Below, one piece after another: positions 1 through 14,615 of a stretch of DNA of 64,000 nt. The position numbers and the translations under genes are program-made. The first letter of the stretch is position 1, and the number at the start of each line of letters is the position of its first letter. The notes under the pieces are model-generated. The model worked only from the letters and a program-made list of their open reading frames with translations. It made no database searches and had not been told where the DNA came from. The stretch is taken from contig CM022676.1 of NCBI GenBank assembly GCA_012295275.1, forward strand, positions 3,968,001 through 4,032,000, written 5' to 3'. Source of the DNA: Chrysomallon squamiferum (taxonomy: Eukaryota; Animalia; Mollusca).

Positions 1-199
1 ATTATACAAATACCGCTGCTGCTACAACTACATTAACCACTACTACTACTACTATTACTACTATTATTATGTCTAGTATGACCACTACTACTACTACTAC
101 TACTATTAATTATTATTAATACAACTACTACTAATACTAATATTATTATTATTATTAATTGTTACTAGTACAATTACTATATTTACTACTACTACCACC

Positions 200-230
<31 letters not shown>

Positions 231-602
231 TTATTAATAATTGTTAGTAATACAACATTATTTACTACCATTACTATTACTACTACTACAGCAATTCAGT
301 GTTACTATTAATAATTAGAAATACCACTACTACTATTTTTTTTTCTTTAACTACCATTGTTGTTACTATTATTATTATTATTAGTAGTATTATTATTAGT
401 ATTATTATTATCATCATCATCATCATCGTCATAATCATCATCATCATCATCATCGTCATCACCATTAATATTTATTTTCCTCTATTACTTTTAATCTGTT
501 TTTGTTCTTTCTTTCTTTCTTTCTTTCTTTATTTATTTATTTATTTATTTAATTTATTTAATTTATTTATTTTTTTCTTAGTTTTCAATTTTTTTTTTTC
601 AG

Positions 603-735
603 TTTGACTCGGACACAAAAGGGTTCATCATGCAGGGACCAATCCACAAAGCAGTTGACATGGGAGATGTTCGCATGGTGGAAACACTGTTAAACTCGCC
701 TGCACTCGATGTTAATGCCAAGAGAGTTTCAGACA
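603..735 (+). CDS. Ankyrin-repeat protein (nuclear IkB-like), internal coding exon; gene starts upstream of the window
   Basis: Poly-T tract + AG at 601-602; reads FDSDTKGFIMQGPIHKAVDMGDVRMVETLLNSPALDVNAKRVSD (ankyrin pattern PIHxAV..GD..MVETLL...DVNAK); donor GTAAGT at 736, phase 1 matches next exon. Confidence 0.85.
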
Positions 736-988
736 GTAAGTGGTTTCCATTTTTTTTTTTTTTTTTTGAACAAAAATACTTGTTTGTCACACCTAGCAAC
801 CATTAGAGCTGCTCTTTCTTCCACAGTCACATGCATAGCTCTGTGTTGTGGATATCATTTTAATTTGAATGAAATTATAAAACTGACATTTTTATACTTT
901 TTAAGTATTATTATTATTTTTTTAATTTTTTTAATTTTTTCTGTTATGTAGAAAAACGCCTTGATTAAGAAGGTCTTTATTCACTTTA

Positions 989-1082
<94 letters not shown>

Positions 1083-1368
1083 AAGACCTTCTTAATGAAG
1101 GTATTTTTCTACATAATAGAAAATAATAATAATAATAATAGTAGTAATAATAATAATAATAAAAATAAAAATAAAAATAAAAATAAAAATAAAAATAAAA
1201 ATAAAAATAAAAATAAAAATAAAAATAAAAATAAAAATAATAATAATAATAATAATAAAGTGTATATATATATTTACAAACACACAGAGCTATATTTTTA
1301 TTTTAACAAAATGTTGAACATTCTTCTTTTTTTTTTCTTCTTCTTCTTCTTCACTTTCTGTTATAAAG

Positions 1369-1493
1369 GAAAAACTGCACTAATGGTGGCTTTGCAGAAA
1401 CACATTCGTGGATGTCCATGGAGTGACAGGACACAAATAGTGCACCTCTTGGTTGACAGGATGATTGAATCAGGAACTGATTTTTCAGAAGTG
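1369..1493 (+). CDS. Ankyrin-repeat protein, internal coding exon
   Basis: Pyrimidine tract + AAG ending 1368; A+GA completes Arg then KTALMVALQKHIRGCPWSDRTQIVHLLVDRMIESGTDFSEV; donor GTAAGG at 1494, phase 0. Confidence 0.85.
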
Positions 1494-1598
1494 GTAAGGA
1501 AACTTTCCTTTATTTTTTTTTCTTCAGAATTACACAGCATTCTGCAGGTAGAAGATCTATAAATGATCTATAGGTTTACTGTCTCTTATAATTTTGGT

Positions 1599-1633
<35 letters not shown>

Positions 1634-1804
1634 TTTGTTCTTTCTTTCTTTTCACTTTTGTATCTAGGACACATGAACACGTGTGAACATGTACACACAG
1701 AAATGTCTGCATACATTATTGTGTTCGTTTATTACATTTATATTTATTATATTATATTATATTATATTATATTATATTATATTATATTATATTATATTAT
1801 ATTA

Positions 1805-1843
<39 letters not shown>

Positions 1844-2199
1844 CATTATTATTATTATTATTATCATCATTATTATTATCATCATCACAATCATTATTAT
1901 TATCATTAATGCTACTATAAGTTACTAATTTGACATCTGTTACTACTTTTACCATAAACCACTAAATTTTCAATGCACATAGCTGCACATTCAGACACAC
2001 ACGCATGCACGCACACACGCACACACACATTCTCAAGCAAAATATCCATATAAGACTACATTTCATTTCAAATGTTACAGATGCATTTAGATGATTCAAT
2101 ACTTACACTGGGATAAAGTAAAAACTGTTATGGGCAGGGAGAAAACAAAGACAAACAAACATACTAGAAAGAAAGAAAGAGAAAAATAAAGACTGACAG

Positions 2200-2630
2200 A
2201 GAAAGAGAACCAGTGAGAAAACAAAAACACAGAGAGAATGAAGTACAGAGACAGAGAGAGAGAGAGGCAGAGATAGAGAGAGACAGAGCTAGAGAGGCAG
2301 AGACAGAGAAGAGAGAGAGAGAAAAGACAGACATAGAAAGAGAACCAGTGAGAAAACAAAAGCACAGAGAGAATGAAGTACAGAGACAGAGAGAGAGAGA
2401 CAGACAGAGAGAGAGAGAGGCAGAGATAGAGAGAGACAGAGCTAGAGAGGCAGAGACAGAGAAGAGAGAGAGAAAAGACAGACATAGAAAGAGAACCAGT
2501 GAGAAAACAAAAGCACAGAGAGAATGAAATACAGAGAGAGAGAGAGACAGACAGACAGAGAGACAGAGATAGAGAGAGACAGAGCTAGAGAGACAGAGAC
2601 AGAGAAGAGAGAGAGAAAAGACAGACATAG
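2200..2630. repeat. Intronic tandem repeat, three ~135-145 bp GA-rich units
   Basis: Unit GAGAACCAGTGAGAAAACAAAAGCACAGAGAGAATGAAGTACAGAG...AAAAGACAGACATAGAAA recurs three times. Confidence 0.85.
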
Positions 2631-2798
2631 AAAGAAATCACAGACACGGAAAAGAAAGACGGTGAGTAAAACACACACAGAGAGAGATGGACAAAGACAG
2701 ACAGTCAGACAGACAAAGTGAAATACTCAGAGAGGAAAAGAAAAAGAGAGACACGTCACAACGACTCAGATTTTGAAATTTATTTATACATTTTTCAG

Positions 2799-3083
2799 AA
2801 TTCTTCCAGTGGTCGTTCAGCTCTTATGTATGCTATTGAATCGAAAGACGTTGACGTTGTCAAACACATTCTCATGGCGGTCGGCCTACAGGTGGCTCGA
2901 GAACTGATCAACACGCAGAACAAGGACGGCAACACCTGCATGCACATCATGGCCGGCCTGAAAAACATCAGCCCAGACAAGCACGTGAAGATGGGGCGTC
3001 TGCTGTTAGAGTTTGGCGGACAGCAAATCAGAAACCACGAAAAGCCGAAGGGATCGACTCCAGATGATTGGAACCACCATCTT
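2799..3083 (+). CDS. Ankyrin-repeat protein, penultimate coding exon (last two ankyrin repeats)
   Basis: TTTTTCAG acceptor ending 2798; NSSSGRSALMYAIESKDVDVVKHILM...LINTQNKDGNTCMHIMAGL...GRLLLEFGG..IRNHE; 285 nt, phase 0/0; donor GTCAGT at 3084. Confidence 0.9.
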
Positions 3084-3214
3084 GTCAGTATTTTTTTATT
3101 TTTGTTTTCATTTATGTATTTTTAAAAATTATTTATCTGTTTATCTATGTTCTGTCTAGCTTCTGTCTGTCTGTCTAGCTGTCTGTCAGTCTATCTATTT
3201 ATTTATATAATCTA

Positions 3215-3250
<36 letters not shown>

Positions 3251-3972
3251 TGTAAATGGATAGATATTGTTCTCATTATTATTAGTTATTCTTGTTATTG
3301 TTGTTGTTATTTTATGTTATATTATTGTTATTGTGTTATTGCCACCACCACCACTGTTACTACTACTACTACTACTGTTACAACTGTTGCTACTACTATT
3401 GCTTTCTTTTTGTTCTTATGATTATTATTGTTTTTGTCACCTTTTTTATTATTTTTGCTGTTTTTATCCAAATTATCAATATTATTGTTGTTGTTGTTGT
3501 TGTTAATTATTAATTATTATTACTATTATTAAACTTATAGAACAACAAGTAAGATTACTATATTATTATCACCATCACAACTGCCAGTGTGGTTCCTAAC
3601 TCTGCAGGAATTACTGTTTCTGTTACTACCACAACATAATTTGACCTATTGTTGTTGAGGTTGTTGCTTTTTGCTGTTACTGCTGCTCTTGATCTTGTTG
3701 TTGCTGCTGCTGCTTCAGTTCCTATTGCTGTTGTTGATGTTGTTATGATAATAATGAAAACGAAGATGTACATTACTTAGACACTAGTAAATCAATCTGT
3801 TAATTTGAAGAAAAAAAAAAAGCCAGATTTATACTGTTTATTTATATATCATTTCAGTAATGCACCAGATTAAAGAAAAATTTGTATTTATTCGTTTTAT
3901 CTGTTTTTTTTTCTTTCTTTTTTTTTTTTTTATTTTTTCATTTGTTTTATTTTATTTTATTTTATTTTTCAG

Positions 3973-4008
3973 TTTGAGCAAATAAGAAGAACATTTCAGC
4001 GTAGATGA
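3973..4008 (+). CDS. Ankyrin-repeat protein, terminal coding exon (FEQIRRTFQRR-stop)
   Basis: Long T-rich tract + CAG ending 3972, phase 0 compatible, TGA at 4006-4008; followed by AT-rich 3'UTR-like sequence with AATAAA at 6020-6025. Confidence 0.7.
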   Translation, partial: FEQIRRTFQRR

Positions 4009-4209
4009 ACACTTTCTTGTCATCAGTATTTACTGCAAAGTTATTCATTTGTTCAGTAATGTTTTTTTTTATTTCATTGATTTCTTTTACATACATACTT
4101 AGCAGTTTTGTTAGATATCTATTTAATTTCTCATGCCTCATAGTTAATCTGATAGATAGATAGCCAGCCAGATGGATTCATTCATACGAATGTACATACA
4201 CAACAAAAT

Positions 4210-4570
4210 CAAATGGACCATACACAACAAAATCAACAGTTTAAATAGACCACAAACAACGCTGACAAGTTTATATAGATCCCAAATCACAAAGACAACA
4301 GTTTAAATAGACCACAAACAACACTGACAAGTTTAAATAGATCCCAAATCACAAAGACAACAGTTTAAATAGACCACAAACAACACTGACACATTTAAAA
4401 ATGACCACAAACAGTATAGACAAGTTTAAATATACCACAATATAGACAACAGTTTTAAACAGACCACAAACAATAAGGACAAGTTTAAATAGACCACACA
4501 CAGTCATAGACAGTAGTTTACAATAGTTTAAACAGACCCCATATGACACAGACATCACTTAAACAGACAA
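4210..4570. repeat. Degenerate ~30 bp minisatellite (GTTTAAATAGACCACAAACAACACTGACAA) in putative 3'UTR
   Basis: About ten imperfect copies visible directly. Confidence 0.8.
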
Positions 4571-5064
4571 TATACCAATCAGTTTAAAGAGAGCTTAAAC
4601 AATTGTTTAAACAGAACACAATACACCTGAACTAAAGGAAAACTGAAACCTGTATATATGAGCATTGTGTAACTTTATAAATATTTTTATTTATATAGAC
4701 AGGCATTTCGATTTTCGATGAATGGCAATTATATTTTTTTATGTGATAATTGTGTGACATGATTTTGTTATTGTGATGTAATGACTTAGGCAAAAATGTT
4801 TGTATTAAGTGTAACATAAATAATAATTGTAATTGTTTCATTTAAAAATAATTTGTTAAGAATTACATATAAATATTTACAAGTGATGCAAATGTGTAAT
4901 TCGATTATTTTATCAGTGTGTGTTATTTCGGTTAAAATACATTTATATTCAACGTTCTTTAAGATAAATAAAAAAATGTTAGTGATCAAATATTCACTTT
5001 TAGTATTACAACAGCTTAGGCCCGATGACTCAGTCTGTGTGGACTTTTTACAACACACACACAA

Positions 5065-5095
<31 letters not shown>

Positions 5096-5439
5096 CACAC
5101 ACACACTATGACACATACATGCAAATACAAATATATACCCATGCATATGTACATTTTAAGTATATATGTGTGTCTATAAATATATATGTATATGTGTGTG
5201 TGTGTATATATATATAATGAGTATATTTTTAAAAATCTTTAATGCTTTGTTTTAATTGATTAATTTTTCTTTTTTCTTTATTTATTTATTTCTTTATTTA
5301 TTTTTTTATTTTTTTTGTTTGTTGTTGTTGTTTTTTTGTAATTATTGTTAAATTTTAAATTATATTCATTTTAGTATCATACCAGTTTTATTATATGATA
5401 CATTATTATTATTTATTTATTTTTTCATTATCATTATTA

Positions 5440-5472
<33 letters not shown>

Positions 5473-5875
5473 TTTTTTTTTTTTTTTTTTTATATAAATA
5501 TATATATATATATAAACTTTATTTTCTGTTAAACTTTTAAATCTCTTTGATCTCGTAATTAATTTTATATACATTATAAAACATATATATTGGAGCGCCC
5601 ATGTTTTTCCCTGTGATCACGTTTTATATGATAACATATATTAATATAGGTGTTTGTGTAATGTTGCTGCTAATAATTACATTTACCCAAATACATATAT
5701 ATTTATCTCACAATGTATTTTTCAAAGCTACCTTTACATGTTTGATAAAGAATAACTTATATGTAAGACGTACTGTCCAGAAATTTTTGGAAATGACCTT
5801 CGGTGTGGGGTGTGGGTGTGGGTTTGGGTGGGTGGGTGTATATTAATAAGAAATGTATTAATGTTTTTTACGCGC

Positions 5876-5938
<63 letters not shown>

Positions 5939-6238
5939 GTATATATGTGCGTCTTTGTCTGGTTTTAAAAAAGTGTATTCTATACAAATTATGGTTTATT
6001 TGTAGTTTGTTTGAAGTAAAATAAAATGTTCCATGTATGATATGAAGAAACTGTCTGAATATACTGTAACGTGCTTTCAAGTAATTGTATTTGTTGCTGT
6101 TCATTCTTAACTAATAATGAAGTATAACAACGGAAGAGAACTGGTTTAATTACCTGACTGTCGCCATGTATTTCTCCAGTATTATACTTCCTGCATACAG
6201 CGGATTGATTTGCTCCGAAGTTTCTTCCGCGTTTTTGA

Positions 6239-6291
6239 TGACGTCATAACTCTAGTGGTGACGTAATCCGTTCACATATCTGATTACGTAA
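6239..6291. promoter_or_regulatory. Cluster of bZIP (CRE/ATF/PAR-C/EBP-type) sites
   Basis: TGACGTCA 6239-6246, TGACGTAA 6259-6266, TTACGTAA 6284-6291 within a CpG-containing unique island. Confidence 0.45.
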
Positions 6292-7161
6292 GGACCTTAC
6301 TGTACGGGTCATGCACTTAACACGCTGTCAACTTAGTTACCACGTAAAGCACAAAGCTCGTATCGAAATGGGGCGAGAAAGGGAAGTAACTATAGCTCTA
6401 GAACTCGTGAAAAGCTTTATTGGTATATTTTATATACGCATTTTTGATTGAAAACATTATACAACATATTCAACATATTCAAATGACCGAAATCAATCAC
6501 TGGTCCTCCATAGATTTTGTAAAGAAAAATGCAGGCATTTTTTTTTTACTTCATATCAAAGCAACACAGATCTCTTGGAGTCATTTTATTTTATTTTTAT
6601 CGCTGTTTCTGATGATATATAATGTTACAGATAAATTGTGTTCTGAACATTTTGTTACATATCTTCTTCTTTATTCTTAGCTTCTCTTGCAAGGTGTAGT
6701 ACACAGACAACTGTGGAACGGCCAATATTTTCAATTGAGAACCAATAAATGTCTTTTTCTGTTTCTCAGCAAGAAGCAAAAAAACAATGTATTAAGGCAA
6801 TATAATTCGTTTAGAGCATCAATTCTGTACATGTTATTTACAATAAAATTAAAACGCGATTGTTCTTTTTATATTATATACACTTGACTACTAATGAGAG
6901 TTTGTAAGCATTTATTTGTTAATGTTGAACATTTTTATATATCTTTTTGTAGAAATAAAGAGGAATATTTTTCATTGCAAGTTTTCTTGTTTGTTCACAG
7001 AGAGAGTAATCGATTTTTTCTCTCCTTTCTCTTCTTCTTCTTCTTCTTCTTCTTCTTAAACATACAACAGTTGTAAAAACCCGTATTATATATGGATGTC
7101 TCAGTGAGAAAGAAAAAGGGATTTGAACGCTCGGGGTATTTACAAAAGATCGGCAAAATAA

Positions 7162-7514
7162 TGTTTGCATACAGTCCATACTGTATTGTCCACTCGTGTT
7201 GTCTAATACTTAACTGGAACACGATAAGTAAATATGCAAAGGTACAATGTAAAAAAGCAACAAAAAACCCCACAATATAAAACTAAACAGCATATAACAA
7301 ATAGCTACGTACCTATATGTATTTATGCTCTATTTGTATGTATATATATGTATATATGTATGTTAATATGTATATATATATATATATACGTACGTTTGTA
7401 TATGTGTGTACTGTTTTTTAACTTACGTTACTAAGCTCTAGTTCCATATTTACTTATCGTGGTCCAGTATAAGACAACACGAGTGGACAATACAGTATGG
7501 ACTGTGTGCAAACA
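7162..7514. repeat. Long inverted repeat (~70 bp arms), possible MITE/foldback
   Basis: 7162-7236 is the reverse complement of 7445-7514 with three substitutions and one 5-nt indel. Confidence 0.8.
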
Positions 7515-7668
7515 ACTGTATAAGACATATGGTGAAACCAGATGTACTGATGAAGGAGAAAGGTTACAGCATCTGTTGATACGATCAAACACGCGCACAC
7601 ACACGCGCACACACACGCACACACACACGTACGTGTAATAAGCACACGCCCAGAAACATCCATTGTAT

Positions 7669-7715
<47 letters not shown>

Positions 7716-7872
7716 CTAGTAGTAGTAGTAGTAGTAGTAGTAGTTCATAGTAGTAGTATTGTTTTTTCTTGTTAGTAGTAGTAATGATAGTAGTATCATT
7801 GTCGTCGTTTTCCTTATTTTATGATATTATCGTCGTCATATTATTATTAGCAACAACAACAACAATATGACG

Positions 7873-7903
<31 letters not shown>

Positions 7904-7915
7904 AATAAAAATAAA

Positions 7916-7953
<38 letters not shown>

Positions 7954-8269
7954 TAATAATACAGTTTGTATTACAACAACAAGTAAAGGGTTACAACAAT
8001 AAGTCAAGTCCTCACAATAAGTACCAGAGCTGAGTAATCGTATAGCTAAGTACTCGAATTAATTAAATGTATCATACATACACAGGGAAGTCAGTGATGG
8101 GGCGAGGGTCCAACCATTTAAAATACTTCGTTAGGTGTTTAAATAACATTAAATGAAATGGGAGCCGAGGATTAGAATTATTAAAAAAGTTGGTCCACAA
8201 GCAAGTTCATTTAAAATTAGTTCATCTCTTACGACAGAGTCTGATGACGATATAATAAACTTGTTAGAA

Positions 8270-8284
8270 GTTATATACATACAA

Positions 8285-8319
<35 letters not shown>

Positions 8320-8360
8320 CACACACACTCACATATATATAAATACACACACATATATAA

Positions 8361-8395
<35 letters not shown>

Positions 8396-8820
8396 CACAC
8401 ACATATACACACACATATATATGCACACACACATATATATTATACACACACACATATATATATACACACACACACACATTACACACACATACATATATAT
8501 ATATACACACACATATATATATTACACACACATACATATATATATACACACACACATTACACACACATATATATATACACACACACATATATATATTACA
8601 CACACACATACATATATATATATACACACACACATATATATATACACACACGCATACATATATAATATATACACACACATACATATATATATATACACAC
8701 ACACACATATATATACACACACATACATATATATATATACACACACATATATATACACACACACATATATATATATACACACACATACATATATATATAT
8801 ACACACACACATATATATAT

Positions 8821-8853
<33 letters not shown>

Positions 8854-9283
8854 CCATACACACACATATATATATATATATACCCACACACACATATATA
8901 TATATATATACACACACACACATATATATATATACACACACACATATATATATATACACACACACATATATATACATACACATATACATATATATATATA
9001 TATATACACACACACATATATATATATACACACACACACAGATATATATATATACACACACACACATATATATATATACACACACACACACATATATATA
9101 CACACACACACAGATATATATATATACACACACACATGTATATATACACACTCACATACATATATATATTACACCACATACATATATATATTACACACAC
9201 ATACATATATATATATTACACACACATATATATATATACACACACACACACACAGATATATATATATATACCCACACACACAC

Positions 9284-9318
<35 letters not shown>

Positions 9319-9355
9319 TATATACACACACACGCGCGCATATATATATATATCG
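8270..9355. repeat. ~1.1 kb compound (TA)n/(CA)n microsatellite array
   Basis: Continuous alternating purine-pyrimidine blocks; source of several spurious 170-320 aa ORFs. Confidence 0.95.
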
Positions 9356-9722
9356 TCAGCTTGAAGAGACTGTAAAATTTTCTGTTTAACTTTAATGAAT
9401 TTACGCGTATATAATCACTTAAACAAAACAGCAGATTACGTTGAACGACGAGACTGTTCTTTACAACACGAAATTCTTAAATTGTTATTGGTCCTTTGCT
9501 TGAAAAACGAGTTGAGATTTTTATTTTTATTTTTATTTTTTATTTAAAGTAGGCATTGATGTTGATTTCGTCTAAAATTTAACACACACTTTTTTTATAT
9601 TTTTTTTTCTGTTTGCCCTTCGGTGTTTTGCTTCAATTAGGGAGGACAGTTGCAGTCTCTTCACTGAACCCACCCCAACCTCCCGAGTCGTCCATGTTTA
9701 TTTTTTTTTTTTTTTTTTTTTT

Positions 9723-9855
9723 TTTTGAATGGTATATTTGATCAGTACAACTGTTTACTTTTATCTGGACAGCAACCACAAACAAACAAATTTGTAAGTA
9801 TTATGTACTTAGTGGCGTACCAGGAAGTTTACTTTATCGAATATACCATTCAAAA
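9723..9855. repeat. Short inverted repeat (~30 bp arms), possible MITE remnant
   Basis: TTTTGAATGGTATATTTGAT.. (9723-) versus ..ATCGAATATACCATTCAAAA (-9855). Confidence 0.6.
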
Positions 9856-10291
9856 GAGCAGAAAAAATAAATAAATAAAAAATAAAAAATAAAGTAAAGA
9901 AAAAAAAAAAAAAGATGAAAGAAAAATAAGAAAACCTCATAACTCAGTTCAGACAACACATTTTCTCTCAACGTAGGTTTAGGTAACGATCGTCCATTGT
10001 GAAAGAAAAAAAAAAAAGAAAAGAGAGAAAGGATTCTTAAATAAAACTCTCGGCTTTAAGCACGTTCTCGACCACAGTTGTAAAAGTGTCCTGCTAAGAA
10101 AGAACTCGCCCTGTGATGTAGGCGACACCAGCTGTTCTACTTGATAAATTAAACCCATGTTAAGTTAACAGACTGTATGTCGAGTGAAAATGAAACACAC
10201 ACAAAAAAAATATATATATATAAAATAAAATTATAAAAAATTTGATACCTATAGCTGAGAATGTGGCAACTGCGTTTCAATTATAAAAAAA

Positions 10292-10377
<86 letters not shown>

Positions 10378-10453
10378 TATATATTTATATGTACGTATAA
10401 AGCAAGAACAAAGATAAATTTGAAGATTATATTCATCTGGTGCGCAGGCACAG

Positions 10454-10485
<32 letters not shown>

Positions 10486-10758
10486 ATATAATTATATAAA
10501 CACATTTACAGTATGAATATCTCGTCGTATTCTTCATGTGCACCATTTGTTTTTGACGTTCACTGATGTCGATTTTATTTAAAATAATTTAGCAATAATT
10601 TCAAAACTGTGACGTTTTATTATCATTATATTGCAGTATTATTACTTTTACTTCCCTACGGTTATTATTATTATTATTATTATATTAATTTTTATTTTAT
10701 CATTATTATTAATCTATTATTTTTCCTTTACATTTATTAATTTCTCTGTCACGATGGC

Positions 10759-10791
<33 letters not shown>

Positions 10792-11055
10792 ATTGTTACT
10801 AACGTTATATTTTATTTTTTCCATTTTCTTTGGTTTTTTACATTTTGTTCTGTTTCTTTTTTTTCTTCTTTTTTTTTTTTTCTTTCTTCTTTTTCTTCTT
10901 TTTATTTTAATTTTTTTTTCTTCAGTTTTTAATCGTTTTCGTAAATAGATCAACTGCCAGCTGTCGAAAGGTATTTGAAATGTTCTTTTCTTCTCTCTGT
11001 TGCTTGCTGTTATTACTTTTCCATATCAGTGTAATAATTTGTAACTTGAAAAGCA

Positions 11056-11192
11056 TCACGTGACTAAAGTAACAAGACGGAAGTGTTACGAGCTGTTCGC
11101 TCGGTGGTTACGGAAACTCGCGTTCGTTCTGGAGTTGAACGGATCGACCAAGCAAGACATCGGAGAATTGTCTAATCAGTTTACAAGTAATG
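11056..11192 (+). promoter_or_regulatory. Candidate promoter / non-coding first exon of the GCNT-like gene
   Basis: CpG-rich island with E-box TCACGTGA (11056-11063) and ETS site ACGGAAGTG (11077-11085), ending in a possible donor CAA|GTAATG at 11187 followed by microsatellite. Confidence 0.4.
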
Positions 11193-11307
11193 TTATTTAT
11201 TTATTTAATTACTTCTTTACTTTTTTATTTGTTTGTTTATTATTACTGTTATTATCATCATCATCATTATCTTCATCTCATCATCAGCATCATCATCATT
11301 ATTATTT

Positions 11308-11363
<56 letters not shown>

Positions 11364-12024
11364 TTTTTATTAACGACACTGTTACTCATATTAATACTAC
11401 TACTGACAATATGACTATTACTAATTCTTATTCTATTGCAGCTAATAGTAATAATAAAACTGCAACTTCTACTAATCTTAGTACTAGAAAAACTATTTTT
11501 GCTGCTACTAATGATACTACATATACAGCTGCTATCGCTGGAAAAACAACAACTACTACTACTACTGCTTCTACTACAACATTTTAATACTATTGTTAAT
11601 ATGATTACTACAACTACTTCTACTACAACCAAAACTAACATCTATATCGTACTGCTACTTCTACTAATGCTACTAATGCAACTAAGTCAATTACTTTTCT
11701 ACGACAACAACAACTACTACTTATTTTTCTGCAGCTACTACTAATATTACTGGTACGTCTGCTACTACAATTATTTATACTGATGCTAAAACTAATACGT
11801 CTACTATTAACATTACTGGAACGACAACAACATATCTACTACTACTACGACTACAAATACTACTGCTAGTGTTATTACTTATGGTAGTCCTATTACTAAC
11901 GATGCTACTGTTAGTAATATTACTGCCACTAAAAGCCATTGGTATTACTGTTACTGTTGGTTTATTGTTTGTGTGTTGTTTTTTTGTTGTTTTTTTCTTT
12001 CTTTATTTGTTTGTTTGTTTGTTA

Positions 12025-12066
<42 letters not shown>

Positions 12067-12137
12067 TAAAATCGTTATTATTATTATTATTATTACTATT
12101 ATTACTATTTTTATCGTTGTCATTGTATTATATTATT

Positions 12138-12169
<32 letters not shown>

Positions 12170-13875
12170 CATTATTATTATTATTATTATTTTAATATTA
12201 TTATCGTTGTTATTTAAATTATTACCTTATTATTATTATTATTATTATTATTATCATCATCATCATCATTGTTTCTAAAATCGTTATTATGTCTTTTCTT
12301 TTTACTGTAATACTGCTACTATTATCACCGCCACTATTATCATTCTTATTGTTTTAATATTAATATTGTTATTTATATACACCTCAATTATTGTTTTGTT
12401 TATATATACATATATATGTGTGTGTGTGTGTGTATATGTGTGCGTGTGTGTGTGTGTGTATAGCATTAATAAGCAAATAAATAAATAAATAAATAAATAA
12501 ATAAATCAGCAAACAAGGAAACAAATAAACAATGAATAAAACGACACCACTTTCAGAAACTTTACTCTTGGTACATTGTAACATCTGGGCGCCATTTTTT
12601 TATTTTTTTTTTTTTTTTTTTTTTTTTTTTGTCTTTTTCTTTTACGAGCTTCCAACCGAAAGTGAAGAATTAAACTAGATTAAATACTTAATGAACAACA
12701 GATGTTATACAAGTACTGTCGAACTTTTCACGGTTTTCAAATTATAATATTACAAATTATAACTTTGTTTTCAATTTTATTTTTAGGTAATTAAAAAAAA
12801 AAAAAAAATGTTTTCTGATTTTTAAATGAAAAAATTAATCTTTTCGATCGTAAATTAAACTCAAACAAAAACTTATCTGCACATAATTGCTAGGTGGGGC
12901 CTACAGCAAATAGCCTGTAACAGAATACATCATACTGTTTGCCCTTATTTTTGATTGCTTGATTTATTATGCCCTTCTGGTCCTATCTATATAAAAATCC
13001 TGAACGAACATAAAATATGAAGTCTTATGTTTCTGTTTGCCACACGAACATTACCTCATGTTGCGAAAAAGAACGTTTAATGTCAGTCGAGAATTAAATG
13101 TGTAGCACCCTCTTGTAAATGGATCTACGATTGTGTATATACCATATTTACTCTGAACGTTAATCATTAAAATTTTGTTTTTCCTACAAACAAACTGGAC
13201 AAAAATTCAATATGTTATATTCAACTGTATAAATGTCAATGCTTTCCGAAACGGTAGAAAACCTGGATTGAAAAAAAAAAAATAAAAATAAAAATAAAAA
13301 ATAAAACTTCTGTCGAATCTGCTGACTATTACTGAGCAATAGAAAAGCTTTCATGTTTGAAACCTGGTTTGTACGACACATAACTGATAATAGCGTAACA
13401 GTAAAAAATTTCTTATTCATTTATTCCCACTGCTACTGAGAATGGTAAGTAAAAATCAGTATCTTAAATCTTATCCAATCAAAATTCAAAATCTGCTCCA
13501 TTTACTACTACTACTCCTATACCTAATACTGCTGACACTACTGCTGTTACTACTACTACTACTACTGTTACAACTACTGCTACTGTTGCTACTATTACTG
13601 CTACAACTGCAACTATATACTACTACGACAATTATTACTTCTACTATTGCTACTACTACTACTGCTACTACTACTAATAGATACTACTACTGCTGTTGCT
13701 GCTGCTGCTACAACTACTACTTCTTCTACTGATACTATCACTACTACTACTACTCATATTACTACAGCGACAACTACGACTACTGCTACCAATACTACAG
13801 CAGCAGTACTACTACCACTACTACTACTACTATTACCACTACTAGTAGTACTACTGATACTACTGCTGCCACTAT

Positions 13876-13940
<65 letters not shown>

Positions 13941-14058
13941 GTACCACTACTACTCTTATTATAACTGTCGTCATTATTTTCCAGTCACGAAAGTTACAAG
14001 CATGATGGTGGATGTTTTGAAAACGATACCTCCCCTTAACGTTCCCAAATACATCTTA

Positions 14059-14117
<59 letters not shown>

Positions 14118-14408
14118 GTACCACTACTACTCTTATTATAACTGTCGTCATTATTTTCCAGTCACGAAAGTTACAAGCATGATGGTGGATGTTTTGAAAA
14201 CGATACCTCCCCTAAACGTTCCCAAATACGTCTTATACTACTACTGCTACTACTACTACTACTACTACTACTACCACTACTACTCTTATTATAACTGTCG
14301 TCATTGTTTTCCAGTCACGAAAGTTACAAGCATGATGGTGGATGTTTTGAAAACGATACCGCCCCTAAACGTTCCCAAATACGTTTTATACTACTACTAC
14401 TACTACTT

Positions 14409-14447
<39 letters not shown>

Positions 14448-14579
14448 TTACTAGTAGACGTACCACTACCACTCTTATTATAACTGTCGTCATTATTTTC
14501 CAGTCACGAAAGTTACAAGCATGATGGTGGATGTTTTGAAAACGATACCGCCCCTAAACGTTCCCAAATACGTCTTATT

Positions 14580-14615
<36 letters not shown>

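Noticed and set aside
8153-9389. Long ORFs (up to 322 aa) of H/T/Y/I or V/C/Y/M
   Set aside because: Translations of (TA)n/(CA)n microsatellite.
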